Assembly (NCBI GenBank): GCA_964250935.1
Contig: CAXUHM010000010.1
Location: forward strand, 27,514-91,513
Length of the DNA: 64,000 nt
Reading direction: 5' to 3'
Source: an uncultured Terriglobus sp.
GTDB lineage: Bacteria > Acidobacteriota > Terriglobia > Terriglobales > Acidobacteriaceae
Shown: piece after piece, positions 1-9,100 of the stretch
How the letters are laid out: each line of letters opens with the position of its first letter
Position numbering within the stretch: position 1 is the first letter of the stretch
Translations under genes and position numbers: made by a program
The notes under the pieces: model-generated
What the model saw: the letters and a program-made list of their open reading frames with translations, nothing else
What the model was told of the DNA's origin: nothing
Databases searched by the model: none

Positions 1-2855
1 ACGTGGTTGAGCAGGTTGAAGGCATTGGCGCGGATGTCCAGGTTCAGGCGCTTCTCCAGTCGAAAGGTGCGCGCCAGCGATAGATTGAACGTGTAGGTTC
101 CGGGTCCGCGCAGAGAGTTGCGACCGGCATTGCCCCACTGGGCCGCCTGCGGCGCAGCGAAGGCGGAAGGGTTGAAGAAGTGCCCGGAAGCGGCGTGGTA
201 CACGTCGCCGGTGGTGCGGTCTGGGCGTATGCTCCCGGTGAAGCCGGTGCCGTTCACCGCCGCGAGGTAAACCGGCGTCTCTGGCAGGCCGGTGCCGAAG
301 CTGGCCTGAGCCTGCACCGTCCACTCTTTAAAGGTGCGCCCGCGCCAGCCCCCGAGCAATGTGCCACCGCCGATGCCCATGCCGGTCGTGTATTGCGCCG
401 TGAGGTTCAGAACGTTTCTCTGGTCAAAGGTGGACAGCCCGCGTTCGGCGCGCAGGTTTCGCCAGTCCTGCGCGATCGAGTTCGAGCGGTTTGAACTTAC
501 GGAGCCCGAACTGGTCTGCGAACTTGAGCTGTTTGCGGTGGCGATTGCACCCTGGCCGCCCAGCATGGAGTCGTTGTCGACGGATCGCGAGTACGTGTAG
601 TCCAGCGCTGCCGTCAGTCCGCTGCGCAGGCGCCGGCGAAGCTGGACCGTTCCCGCGTTACGTGTCGAGTTACCGTTGGAGGCGCGATACCGAAACCCGA
701 CCGGACAGGAAGGGCACGGGTTCACGGCGCCCAGCGGATAGGTATTCGGCAGAAAATCCTGCACACCTCGCGTACCCTTGACGCCCAGGTAGGTGATCGT
801 CGCCACAAGCGCACCCGGAAGGTCTCGCTGGGCCGAAAGGTTCCAGATCTGTGCATAGCCCACCCGGAAGTTTGGGTCGACGGCGAACGTGTTCAAGGTC
901 GTTGCACTGCAGGGTGTTGGGCCCGTGCGCAGAGTTTGCGGGCAATCAGCCTGGTTGACCTGCAGGCTGTTTGCAAACGGCAATTGCGTCGCCAGTTGCA
1001 ACGCGAGTGCCTGGTACACCGAGGTGTCGGCATAGATGCCGAAGCCGGCTCGGACGACCAGCGACGATGCCGGCAGTGGTCGCCAGGCCAGCCCCACGCG
1101 CGGTTCCACCTTCGATCGGTCCGGCCGTAGCAGCGACGAGGGGTAGCGTTGCCCTGTAAGGCTGCCCACGGGATGGGAGGCGAGTACCGGTGCCACGGCG
1201 GCAAAATTACCCGCAAGATCCAGATCGACCAGGCGCTGCTTCAACTCCGTCATGGGCGCAGCATACTCCCAGCGCACGCCCACATTCAGGGTCAGCTCCG
1301 GCCGCAGGTGCCAGTCGTCGGCGAGGTAGACCTCCGCGACGCCGTGCCGCAGGTACTTGTCCGCGTTGCCATAGTCGACGCTGGCAGTGTCGGGGATGCC
1401 GCGCGCGAAATCCGCAAAGTCGGAGCCGAAAGCCGCACCCGTAAAGGTGAAGGTGCCGCGCGGATCCAGCTGCTGCAATTGATTGAACTCCTCACGGCGA
1501 AACTCCCCACCGGCGGTAAGGTTGTGGCGGCCGCGGTACAGTCGCAATGCACCGGCAATGCCGTCGCTGCGATTCCGGTTGAAGGCACTTTGCCCATCGG
1601 TCAGGGTCGCAATCCCGCTGGAGAACGTCAGGGTCGGCGGCCCCCAATCCGATGCATCCTGCAGGGTGCCCGTGAGGCCTGCGTTGCCGGACACATTCGT
1701 GCGATCTGCAAAGAAGGGCGATACCGTTGTGCGAAGACGGCTGAAGCGGTAGCTAAGGTCGAGGTACAGCCCCGGCCGCAGCCGGTGCTGCCAGGCCGGC
1801 GATGCGTTCAAGCCCAGGAGGGCCGTTGCGTCACGAAAGCCGAACAGGTCTGTCGTGTCCTGCCGAGTGCTCTGCAAGGCCAGATTGCCCCGAAGCTCAT
1901 CCCGCTGACCGATGCCACGATCCAGGCGGAGTTGGAGGGCATCGACATGCGAGTTGTTCAGCACCTGGGTCTGGTAGTTGTAGCCGGCGCTGCTGACCAG
2001 GTTGGGAAAGGGGTAGTATGCCAGCAATGCCAGCGCGACCGGGTCGGTGACGGTGCCTCGCTGTGCCGTCGTCGGCACCAGGCCGGTCTCCGACGCCTGC
2101 GAACGATTGCGGGTGCGCTGGTACACCAGGGAGAAATTCGGGCCCTTAAAGATGCGGCCGTTGAGCAGGTGCGGGATGTTCAAGGGGCCGCCAAAGGTCA
2201 GCACCTCCGTCAGCCTGTTGTCGCTGGCTTTGGGCTGGGGCAGGCCGGTCAGGGAGTACGGTCGCGCATCGAAAACGGAGTTGTCTGCGATCAGGGCAAG
2301 GCCAGCGTTGTAAAGGGATCTGCTGCCGCTGCGCTGATTGCCGAAGGCGCGGTCGAGCGAGAAGAGCGATGTTGCGGCGTTGTTGTTGCTGCCGTTCACC
2401 AGGAATCCTTCTGCAGCCTGAGCGTTGTCGCTGGCCGGGACCGGTGCGGCTTCGACTGGCTTCGGCGTGGGAACTGCGGAGGCGTCCGCTGCAGACGCGG
2501 GCACTGGTGCAGGAGCCTCAACGGCCCTGACGGTTGCCATTGCAAGTGCTTTCTCAAGCGGCAGCATCACCAGGGTGAAGGGAGCAGGGGCGCCCGGAGC
2601 GGGCACATCCACGTCTGCCTCCAACGGAACAAACCCGAGCAGTGTGGTTTGGAGGTGCCATCGCCCATTGGGCAGATCGGCAAAGGAAAACGCCCCATGC
2701 GCATCTGTCGTCGTGGAGAAATGACTCACGCCCCGACTTACTATGACGGTCGCCCCCGGCACGGCAAAGCCGCGGAAACGAACGACACCGTGGTACTCCG
2801 ACGCCATGGCAGGGAAGCCTGCCACGCTCAGCATCAGACTCAGCGTTACAGGCAT
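1..2855 (-). CDS. TonB-dependent receptor-like outer-membrane protein with N-terminal carboxypeptidase-regulatory-like domain (partial; 3' end runs off the window)
   Basis: Absent from the ORF track because no stop lies inside the window. My reverse-strand translation from ATG 2855 gives MPVTLSLMLSVAGFPAMASEYHGVVRFRGFAVPGATVIVSRG...FSFADLPNGRWHL (signal peptide plus CarboxypepD_reg-like). Near position 1 it gives ...QWGNAGRNSLRGPGTYTFNLSLARTFRLEKRLNLDIRANAFNLLNHV, typical C-terminal barrel strands of acidobacterial TBDRs. Confidence 0.8.
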   Translation of the reverse strand, partial: MPVTLSLMLSVAGFPAMASEYHGVVRFRGFAVPGATVIVSRGVSHFSTTTDAHGAFSFADLPNGRWHLQTTLLGFVPLEADVDVPAPGAPAPFTLVMLPLEKALAMATVRAVEAPAPVPASAADASAVPTPKPVEAAPVPASDNAQAAEGFLVNGSNNNAATSLFSLDRAFGNQRSGSRSLYNAGLALIADNSVFDARPYSLTGLPQPKASDNRLTEVLTFGGPLNIPHLLNGRIFKGPNFSLVYQRTRNRSQASETGLVPTTAQRGTVTDPVALALLAYYPFPNLVSSAGYNYQTQVLNNSHVDALQLRLDRGIGQRDELRGNLALQSTRQDTTDLFGFRDATALLGLNASPAWQHRLRPGLYLDLSYRFSRLRTTVSPFFADRTNVSGNAGLTGTLQDASDWGPPTLTFSSGIATLTDGQSAFNRNRSDGIAGALRLYRGRHNLTAGGEFRREEFNQLQQLDPRGTFTFTGAAFGSDFADFARGIPDTASVDYGNADKYLRHGVAEVYLADDWHLRPELTLNVGVRWEYAAPMTELKQRLVDLDLAGNFAAVAPVLASHPVGSLTGQRYPSSLLRPDRSKVEPRVGLAWRPLPASSLVVRAGFGIYADTSVYQALALQLATQLPFANSLQVNQADCPQTLRTGPTPCSATTLNTFAVDPNFRVGYAQIWNLSAQRDLPGALVATITYLGVKGTRGVQDFLPNTYPLGAVNPCPSCPVGFRYRASNGNSTRNAGTVQLRRRLRSGLTAALDYTYSRSVDNDSMLGGQGAIATANSSSSQTSSGSVSSNRSNSIAQDWRNLRAERGLSTFDQRNVLNLTAQYTTGMGIGGGTLLGGWRGRTFKEWTVQAQASFGTGLPETPVYLAAVNGTGFTGSIRPDRTTGDVYHAASGHFFNPSAFAAPQAAQWGNAGRNSLRGPGTYTFNLSLARTFRLEKRLNLDIRANAFNLLNH

Positions 2856-2906
2856 CACGATGGTCGTCCGTGTCACCGAGGTCCGACCTCACTGCGCATC
2901 ATGACC

Positions 2907-3734
2907 TCAGTCCGCCGTTGGCATCTGAATGGAATCTACAACCAGCGTCGTCACTGGCCCCTTGTCGGAGACGAGCTGTAAGCCCATCTGTTCCTGGAGC
3001 GCAGTGAAGATTGCCGGGGCCCTGTCTGTGCTGCCGTTCTCGGCGGAGTTGACCACCTGATCCTCGCGCGACCACTTCAGTGTCACGTCGTAGGCGCCCG
3101 TGAGGCCCGTTTTGTCCACCACGCTGCGGTTCGTCTCACTCGCGAGAAACGTCGTCAGCGATGAGATGGGAATGCCGGTTGCCGTGAGATTGATGTCGCT
3201 GGTATACATGCTGCCCCGCTTGGCCTCCGGTGCTTCCGTCGGCTTCAACTTGCCTCCGGCCTTGGCGATCATCAAGTTGTAAATCGGTTGGACTTTCACA
3301 TCGAAATGCGTTTTTACCTGGAAGCGCTCCGTGAGAATGGACAGGGCCTCGGCGTGCCACTTCGCTTCAGAATCCTCGCGGGTGAGCTTGCGATCCTTCT
3401 CGGCCGGATCCGGATCAACGATCTTTGCCTGGATGTCCCAGCGCATGTTCAGGGCCCATGGTGGGAGGCCAGAGATCAACGACTCGCGAATGCCGTAGGC
3501 ATTTGTCAGGAGCATTTTGAGCGACACATTCTCTGCCCGCAGCGTCGTCTCCCCTGTATTGATCGACGTGTTGCCGCTGCCGGTTTTGTTGGGCTTGACC
3601 GAGATCACGTCGTAGCCGCGGAACGATGGTGGAGCGGCGCCTGGCCCTGCGGAGGATTGTCCCCGCAGCACGCCGGCAAGCAGGCATCCCCAGGCCACAC
3701 TGCAGTACAGACAGCCGCGTTTGATCCGCATCAT
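2907..3734 (-). CDS. TIGR03435-family secreted protein (acidobacterial paralogous family)
   Basis: From ORF 2907..3878. I prefer the internal start MMRIKRGCLYCSVAWGCLLAGVLRGQ (ATG at 3734, signal-peptide-like). The body (VISVKPNK, SLKMLLTNAYG, WDIQAKI, DKTGLTGAYDVTLKW, ALQEQMGLQL) matches the TIGR03435 pattern as I remember it. Confidence 0.75.
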   Translation of the reverse strand: MMRIKRGCLYCSVAWGCLLAGVLRGQSSAGPGAAPPSFRGYDVISVKPNKTGSGNTSINTGETTLRAENVSLKMLLTNAYGIRESLISGLPPWALNMRWDIQAKIVDPDPAEKDRKLTREDSEAKWHAEALSILTERFQVKTHFDVKVQPIYNLMIAKAGGKLKPTEAPEAKRGSMYTSDINLTATGIPISSLTTFLASETNRSVVDKTGLTGAYDVTLKWSREDQVVNSAENGSTDRAPAIFTALQEQMGLQLVSDKGPVTTLVVDSIQMPTAD

Positions 3735-3920
3735 GAGCTCCGTCAAGGGGATTCGACGTGAACCGCAGGGGCATGTCAACCAAGGAAGTACAGGCGTAAG
3801 CGCAGATTTTGTGAAGTATCTTTTCCGGCCTGGCCGAGCCGCAGCACTGGGGAAATCGCGGCGCAGCAGCGCCTCCATCCCCCAGAGCTGAAGCCGCTTT
3901 CGCAGGCATACGGAGCGAGG

Positions 3921-4787
3921 TTATTTGGAGATGCCGATGGCGTTCAGCTCTTCCATCTCCTGCTCAGGCAAGGAGAGCGAAGCAGCCGCCAGATTCTCCC
4001 GCAGGTGCTCTACCGACGACGTTCCTGGAATGAGCAGGATATTGGCCGCACGGTGCAGCAGCCATGCCTGCGCTACGGCCATCGGTGATTGGCCGAGCGA
4101 AGCGGCAACACTGTCCAGCGTGGAGGATTGCAACGGGGTGAAGCCCCCGAGCGGGAAGTACGGAACGAAGGCCACACCCTCTGCGGCGAGAAATTCGACA
4201 AAGCTGTCATCCTCGCGATGGGCGACGTTGTACAGATTCTGTACGCAGATGATGTTTGCAATGGACTGCACGCTCTGGTACTGCTTCTGCGTCACCGTGC
4301 TGAGACCAATCTGTTGAAGAAGACCTTCGCGCTGCATGGAGGCAAGCTCCTCCACCTGCTCCACGATGTCTTCGTCGTTGGGGGAAGCAGTGTCGCCCAG
4401 ACGCATGTTCACGATGGTGAGCGAATCCACACCGAGGTTGCTGAGGTTGTCCTGTACCTGGGAACGCAGGGAAGCGGGCTTGCGGTCGAGGATCCATGAA
4501 CCGTCGTTGCCTCTGCGCGCGCCCACCTTGGTGACGATGGTCAGGTCGGCGGGGTAGGGGTACAGCGCTTCCTTGATGATCTGGTTGGTGATGTGGGGGC
4601 CATAGAAATCGGAGGTGTCGATGTGATTGACGCCATTCGCAACGGCTTCTCGCAACACTGCAACTGCGGCGGCGCGATCTTTCGGCGGGCCGAAAACGTG
4701 TGGGCCGGCGAGCTGCATGGCTCCGTAGCCCATTCGATTGACGGTGATGTTGGTCTTGGGAAAGGTAAAGGTTCCGCCGAGGTACAT
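3921..4787 (-). CDS. aldo/keto reductase
   Basis: 288 aa. It shows GYGAMQLAG, NHIDTSDFYGP, VTKVG and the C-terminal IPGTSSVEHLRENL typical of the AKR superfamily. Confidence 0.9.
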   Translation of the reverse strand: MYLGGTFTFPKTNITVNRMGYGAMQLAGPHVFGPPKDRAAAVAVLREAVANGVNHIDTSDFYGPHITNQIIKEALYPYPADLTIVTKVGARRGNDGSWILDRKPASLRSQVQDNLSNLGVDSLTIVNMRLGDTASPNDEDIVEQVEELASMQREGLLQQIGLSTVTQKQYQSVQSIANIICVQNLYNVAHREDDSFVEFLAAEGVAFVPYFPLGGFTPLQSSTLDSVAASLGQSPMAVAQAWLLHRAANILLIPGTSSVEHLRENLAAASLSLPEQEMEELNAIGISK

Positions 4788-4848
4788 GGTCTGCTCCTGT
4801 ATGCTTCTCGTGTTTAGATGAAGGAAGACTCAGGTTTGGAGTTCGCAT

Positions 4849-5502
4849 TTGCGTAGAGGTGCCACAGCGCAGTTTGAGCCCAGAAAGACGCCCGTTCAGG
4901 CACGCTCGGCGGCAAGCGTGGAGGCAATTCTGGAAGCCACTATTCAGGTTTTGCTGCAACACGGCAAGATGAAACTCACAACGACTCGGGTGGCGGAGCG
5001 TGCCGGCGTTTCCGTAGGAACGCTTTACCAGTACTTTCCCAACAAGAGTGCCCTGTTGCAGGCACTGCTTCGGCAAAAGCTGAGCGGTGTCGCCGTTGCT
5101 CTCGAAAGGGTCCGCGAAGAGGTGCGCGAAGCGCCGCTCGCCGAGATCGCCGAAGCCATGGTCAACGCCTTCGTCGCTGCGAAGTTCAGGCATCCTGAAG
5201 CAAGCGTTGCGCTGTATGCCGTGGCCGAGGACCTGGAAGGCAAGGCCATTGCGCGTGAGATGCAACTGCGGTCGTTAGGAGCCATGGTGGAGATGTTTCA
5301 ATCCTCCTCGGAGAAGGTGGTCGGAGATCCTGAAAGCATCGCGCGAACCCTCCACGGAGCGATGTCAGGTGTAAGTCGTGCAACGCTGGAGCTCGGCGTC
5401 ACGCGCGGAGCTATGGAAGCGATGAAACAGGAGATAACGGTTCTCACCACTGCCTACGTTCAAGCCTCCGCACGCACCAGCCCTGCCTGTTCTGTTGACT
5501 AG
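4849..5502 (+). CDS. TetR/AcrR family transcriptional regulator
   Basis: N-terminal HTH KLTTTRVAERAGVSVGTLYQYFPNKSALLQAL. Divergent from the AKR gene. The start is TTG in the track, so the exact start is uncertain. Confidence 0.85.
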   Translation: MRRGATAQFEPRKTPVQARSAASVEAILEATIQVLLQHGKMKLTTTRVAERAGVSVGTLYQYFPNKSALLQALLRQKLSGVAVALERVREEVREAPLAEIAEAMVNAFVAAKFRHPEASVALYAVAEDLEGKAIAREMQLRSLGAMVEMFQSSSEKVVGDPESIARTLHGAMSGVSRATLELGVTRGAMEAMKQEITVLTTAYVQASARTSPACSVD

Positions 5503-5628
5503 GCGGGAAGCGTACCAGGTGCTCGGATGCTTTTACCGATGAGCCACTTCCCAAGTGAGTATGCGGAGCGCGTTGAAGCAGGCTCGACGCAAGTACAGGA
5601 CTGACACCTGGCCTACTTTGGTCATATG

Positions 5629-5641
5629 ACGTACGTGTACA
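5629..5641. promoter_or_regulatory. palindromic box ACGTACGTGTACA (candidate operator), copy 1
   Basis: Lies in an AT-rich island 116 nt upstream of the 5757 start codon. A near-identical box occurs at 6561..6573. Confidence 0.3.
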
Positions 5642-5756
5642 CTGTATATAAGCATACGTAATGTTAGGCGATCGCCTCTTTTAGGCATGATTCCTCAAGC
5701 CTGTCTCCATCACAGGACACAGTGAGTCCTCCCCACCTCATACGAGGGAAATTACG

Positions 5757-6287
5757 ATGAAGTTAAGTCAACGGCTTTGTACGATTGCGCTCTTCTGTGG
5801 CGGCAGTGCGCTGGCTGCTATGTACGCCCCGGCGCAGTTGCAGTCACCGGGCCAGCTACCGGTGCAGGCACAGAACCAGCTTTGCAGGCTTGGCGTGCTG
5901 AATCCCTTTGTTGGCGCCTGGAACAGCAGCCTCGCCATCACGGATATCGGTGATTCCGCCTCCCTCATCGTGCTGAATCAGGGCGGAACTCTGGTCGAGA
6001 CGGATGCGATCGACCTCATCGATCCAAATACGGCGCACACTCCAGGGTATGGCGCGTGGAAGGCACTGGACTGCCAGCACTATGAAGTCACCATCGAGAA
6101 GATTCTGTACAACATCGCGAAGAAGCAGTTCCAGTCCACCACGCTTCGCGGTTCCGCGATCCTGAGCGACGATGGCAACTCCTGGACGGCAACGCTGGAA
6201 CAAAAGTTCTTCGATCCCGCCGGCAATGTCGTCTTTACCGACACGGTCACAGCGAAGGCGACACGCATCAAGGCGGGCGCGCAGTAA
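5757..6287 (+). CDS. hypothetical secreted protein
   Basis: 176 aa. It has a signal peptide MKLSQRLCTIALFCGGSALAAMYAPAQ and an upstream GAGGGAAA Shine-Dalgarno-like sequence. I recognise no family. Confidence 0.6.
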   Translation: MKLSQRLCTIALFCGGSALAAMYAPAQLQSPGQLPVQAQNQLCRLGVLNPFVGAWNSSLAITDIGDSASLIVLNQGGTLVETDAIDLIDPNTAHTPGYGAWKALDCQHYEVTIEKILYNIAKKQFQSTTLRGSAILSDDGNSWTATLEQKFFDPAGNVVFTDTVTAKATRIKAGAQ

Positions 6288-6560
6288 GGGGCGTGCGTGA
6301 GGGAGGTGTCGCTCGCAACCCTTGCGCCTAAGCCGGAAACGCAGTTCGGCACAGGAGGATCGCATGCGTTCTTGAACAGGGACACCCGCGATCCAACCTT
6401 CTGAATCAAAGGAGAAGCTGCTTTCTCAGTCTCGGGATTGCGCGGGCACCGCCGTCAGCACCGGCCTGGAAAAGCTGTCCGGGGCAAACTGGCAAGCGTT
6501 CCGCACAAAACTCGAGAGCGAGTGATGCCGCAGAATCACGCGCGAATGTCGCTTCAGCAC

Positions 6561-6573
6561 TACGTACATGTAC
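6561..6573. promoter_or_regulatory. palindromic box ACGTACATGTACA (candidate operator), copy 2
   Basis: Lies 109 nt upstream of the 6682 start codon and matches the box at 5629..5641 at 12 of 13 positions. Confidence 0.3.
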
Positions 6574-6681
6574 ATCTGATTTACCAAAGCGGCTTTGGGG
6601 ATGCGACCTTTAGCCTCAACAGCAGGTTCTGCTGTGCATGCAGCAGTCTTTTAGACCAACCTCAACCGGAAAGGAACTACT

Positions 6682-7155
6682 ATGCTTCGTCCGTTTGTCT
6701 TCGCCGTGCTCCTTGCAACGTCACTCGTGCCTCTGTCGTACGCACAGGCCCCGGAGGCCGCCACCGCCGGGGCAGGACCCGACAGTGTCAAGGTCACGGT
6801 GACGGGCATCCGTAGTGCCAAAGGCCGGGTCCGCGTCGAGCTCTGGAGTAGCGAAGCCGGCTTTCCCCGACAGACCGAAAGTGCGACGAAAACCGTGTGG
6901 CTCAATGCGATGGACGCCTCTGACGGTACCGTGACGACGACCTTTACGGGGCTGCAGCCGGGAGCCTATGCCTTCACCACCATGCACGATGAGAATAACA
7001 ACGGCAGACTCGACACGGGCGCTTTTGGCGTACCGAAGGAGGGATGGGCCGTCTCCAACAATGTGGTTTCCCATACGCGCCCGCCGAAATTTGAGGAGGC
7101 AAAAATCGTGGTGAACAGCCCGGATCAGGAGACCACCCTGAAGCTGCATTACTAG
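6682..7155 (+). CDS. DUF2141 domain-containing secreted protein
   Basis: 157 aa with a signal peptide. It shows GRVRVELW, HDENNNGRLDTGAFGVPKEGWAVSNN and PKFEEA, characteristic of DUF2141. Confidence 0.8.
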   Translation: MLRPFVFAVLLATSLVPLSYAQAPEAATAGAGPDSVKVTVTGIRSAKGRVRVELWSSEAGFPRQTESATKTVWLNAMDASDGTVTTTFTGLQPGAYAFTTMHDENNNGRLDTGAFGVPKEGWAVSNNVVSHTRPPKFEEAKIVVNSPDQETTLKLHY

Positions 7156-7406
7156 GCAGAGGCGTGGGAAGATGCGTCACGCCAGAACACAGTGATCAGG
7201 CTTGAGCAATGCAGACTGCGTTCCGTACGGAGATGCTGCTGTCTCTGTCTGGACGACGGGTCTAGCAGAGACGCCGTTCTGTCCAGCCAGGCGGCAGTCC
7301 GCGAGAGTCGGATCGGTTCATCACCGAAGTTCTTGTGATCGTACTCTGGAGCCCTGACCGTTTCGACATGAGAGGCACCCCATTTCACCTGCCAAAGGCA
7401 AACGAC

Positions 7407-7955
7407 ATGCCGGATGCAAGGACCGACGACCTGCTCTCCATTCCACCGATGGATTCGCCACAGTCCAGACCGACCATCCATTGGCCTGCCGCGTTTCAGC
7501 CCGCAACAGCAGATGCCTATGCTCGGAACGAGCTCCTGATCTCGGCTGAGGCTGAGGTGATCTGGGCCTGGCTGGTGCGCGCCGAACTCTGGCCCACGTG
7601 GTACGCCAACTCGTCCGCTGTCCGGGTTCTCTCGCATGCCGGGCCCGACCTGGATCAGCATGCCACCTTTCGCTGGAAAACCTTCGGACTCCGGATCACC
7701 TGCAGGGTGTCGGAGTTCAAGGCGCCCTACCGGCTTGCCTGGCAGGCACGTGGCATCGGTGTCACGGCGTGGCATGCCTGGCTGCTAACGCCGGTTGCAA
7801 GCGGCAGGACCCACGTCCTGACGGAAGAGGTGCAGCATGGCTGGATGTCGCGGCTGGGACGGATGTTTACGCCGGGTCAAATGCACAGGCAGCACCAGCT
7901 ATGGTTGGAAAACCTTTCCCGCCAGGCGCGGAACTGCCCACCGCCGAATGGATAG
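7407..7955 (+). CDS. SRPBCC (polyketide cyclase/START-like) family protein
   Basis: From ORF 7335..7955. It shows IWAWLVRAELWPTWY and RLAWQARGIGVTAWHAWLL, typical of SRPBCC/AHSA1-like proteins. The start could be 7335, 7368 or 7407. Confidence 0.7.
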   Translation: MPDARTDDLLSIPPMDSPQSRPTIHWPAAFQPATADAYARNELLISAEAEVIWAWLVRAELWPTWYANSSAVRVLSHAGPDLDQHATFRWKTFGLRITCRVSEFKAPYRLAWQARGIGVTAWHAWLLTPVASGRTHVLTEEVQHGWMSRLGRMFTPGQMHRQHQLWLENLSRQARNCPPPNG

Positions 7956-8074
7956 GGAACAGGTCGTGAGCACCCTTTGTACCGCACCGCTCATGTCGTC
8001 CTACTAAGCCCATGTGCAGGGAGGGTCATACCTCTGCAGCAAGCGACCTTCACCTCATGCAGAGAAAGCTGCGC

Positions 8075-8695
8075 TTAACCGCGAATGCCGGCGAGCAGAG
8101 TGTCTACCACCGCTTCCGCAAAGACCTTTTGCGGACCGAAGGGGAAGCGGGTTTGCGTGATCTGGAGTGACACGCAGCCATGAATTCCGGCCCAAAGCAC
8201 CTTTGCGAGCTCGAAGCGCTCCCCTGACACCACCCCTGCCGCAAGCGCCGCGTCCACGTACTCCAGCATGCGCCGGAAGGCAGTCTGGCCTCCGGCGTCG
8301 TCCGGAATATTAGCTTCGTTGGACGCTTTCGCGCTGCTCCTGCCGCCCGAGGAACGGCGGGTCATGAACAGGAGTTCGTACTCTTCCGGATGCTTGAGCC
8401 CGAAGTCCACATACTTCAGCAGGGCGTTGCGCAGCACTGCCACTGGCTCGCCACTGCCGGGCTTTGGAAGCGTTTTGCCAATCTTTGCAAAGCCTTCCCG
8501 TGCCAACGCGATCAGGATGTCATCCTTGTCGGCAAAGTGGTTATACAACGACATCGGAGAGTACTCGATGCGATCGGCAATCTTCCGGATCGTCAGCTTC
8601 TCATAGCCATCCTCCTGGATCAATGTTCGGGCGGCATCGAGAATGGTTTTGCGGAAGTTAGCCTTGTCGCGCGCCTGCCGTTCTTGGAAGGCCAT
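8075..8695 (-). CDS. TetR/AcrR family transcriptional regulator
   Basis: HTH LTIRKIADRIEYSPMSLYNHFADKDDIL. I prefer the start MAFQERQARDK (ATG 8695) over the 8761 start in the track. Confidence 0.85.
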   Translation of the reverse strand: MAFQERQARDKANFRKTILDAARTLIQEDGYEKLTIRKIADRIEYSPMSLYNHFADKDDILIALAREGFAKIGKTLPKPGSGEPVAVLRNALLKYVDFGLKHPEEYELLFMTRRSSGGRSSAKASNEANIPDDAGGQTAFRRMLEYVDAALAAGVVSGERFELAKVLWAGIHGCVSLQITQTRFPFGPQKVFAEAVVDTLLAGIRG

Positions 8696-9100
8696 TGCCT
8701 CTGTGCTCCGATCCCTGTCAGCTCTGGCCTGGTGGCGCCGCCTGTACCTGACCACCAGCATACGGTGGGTGGCGCCGGTCTGGCACAGGATTGTCGGGCC
8801 ATGCGTTAGCGGGTACGACCGCTTCGGCTAGCAGGATTGGGTGTGGTTATGTCCCAAGGACGATGACCGTCGCGGCTGCCGCAACGATGGACGTAGCCCG
8901 ACGGGCCCGATACCGAGAAGCTGCAGCATGCAACAGCAGAGCAGGCAATGGCTGCGAACTCCGCTCCAACTCCAAGTTGCGGCGTTCGCCCGATTTTTAC
9001 TTGACAGTCGTTTCTGAACTCGCTAGAAGTATCCCGTTATAAATCAGAGCCGTTCGCGGTCAGACAACCATGTTGCACGAAACACGTTTTCGGAGGCTCC

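Noticed and set aside
1149-2981. 610-aa plus-strand ORF, the longest ORF listed in the first 3 kb
   Set aside because: Its translation is Arg/Gly/Gln-rich with no recognisable motifs. The opposite strand gives an uninterrupted, clearly TBDR-like protein across the same region. It is a typical high-GC antisense shadow ORF.
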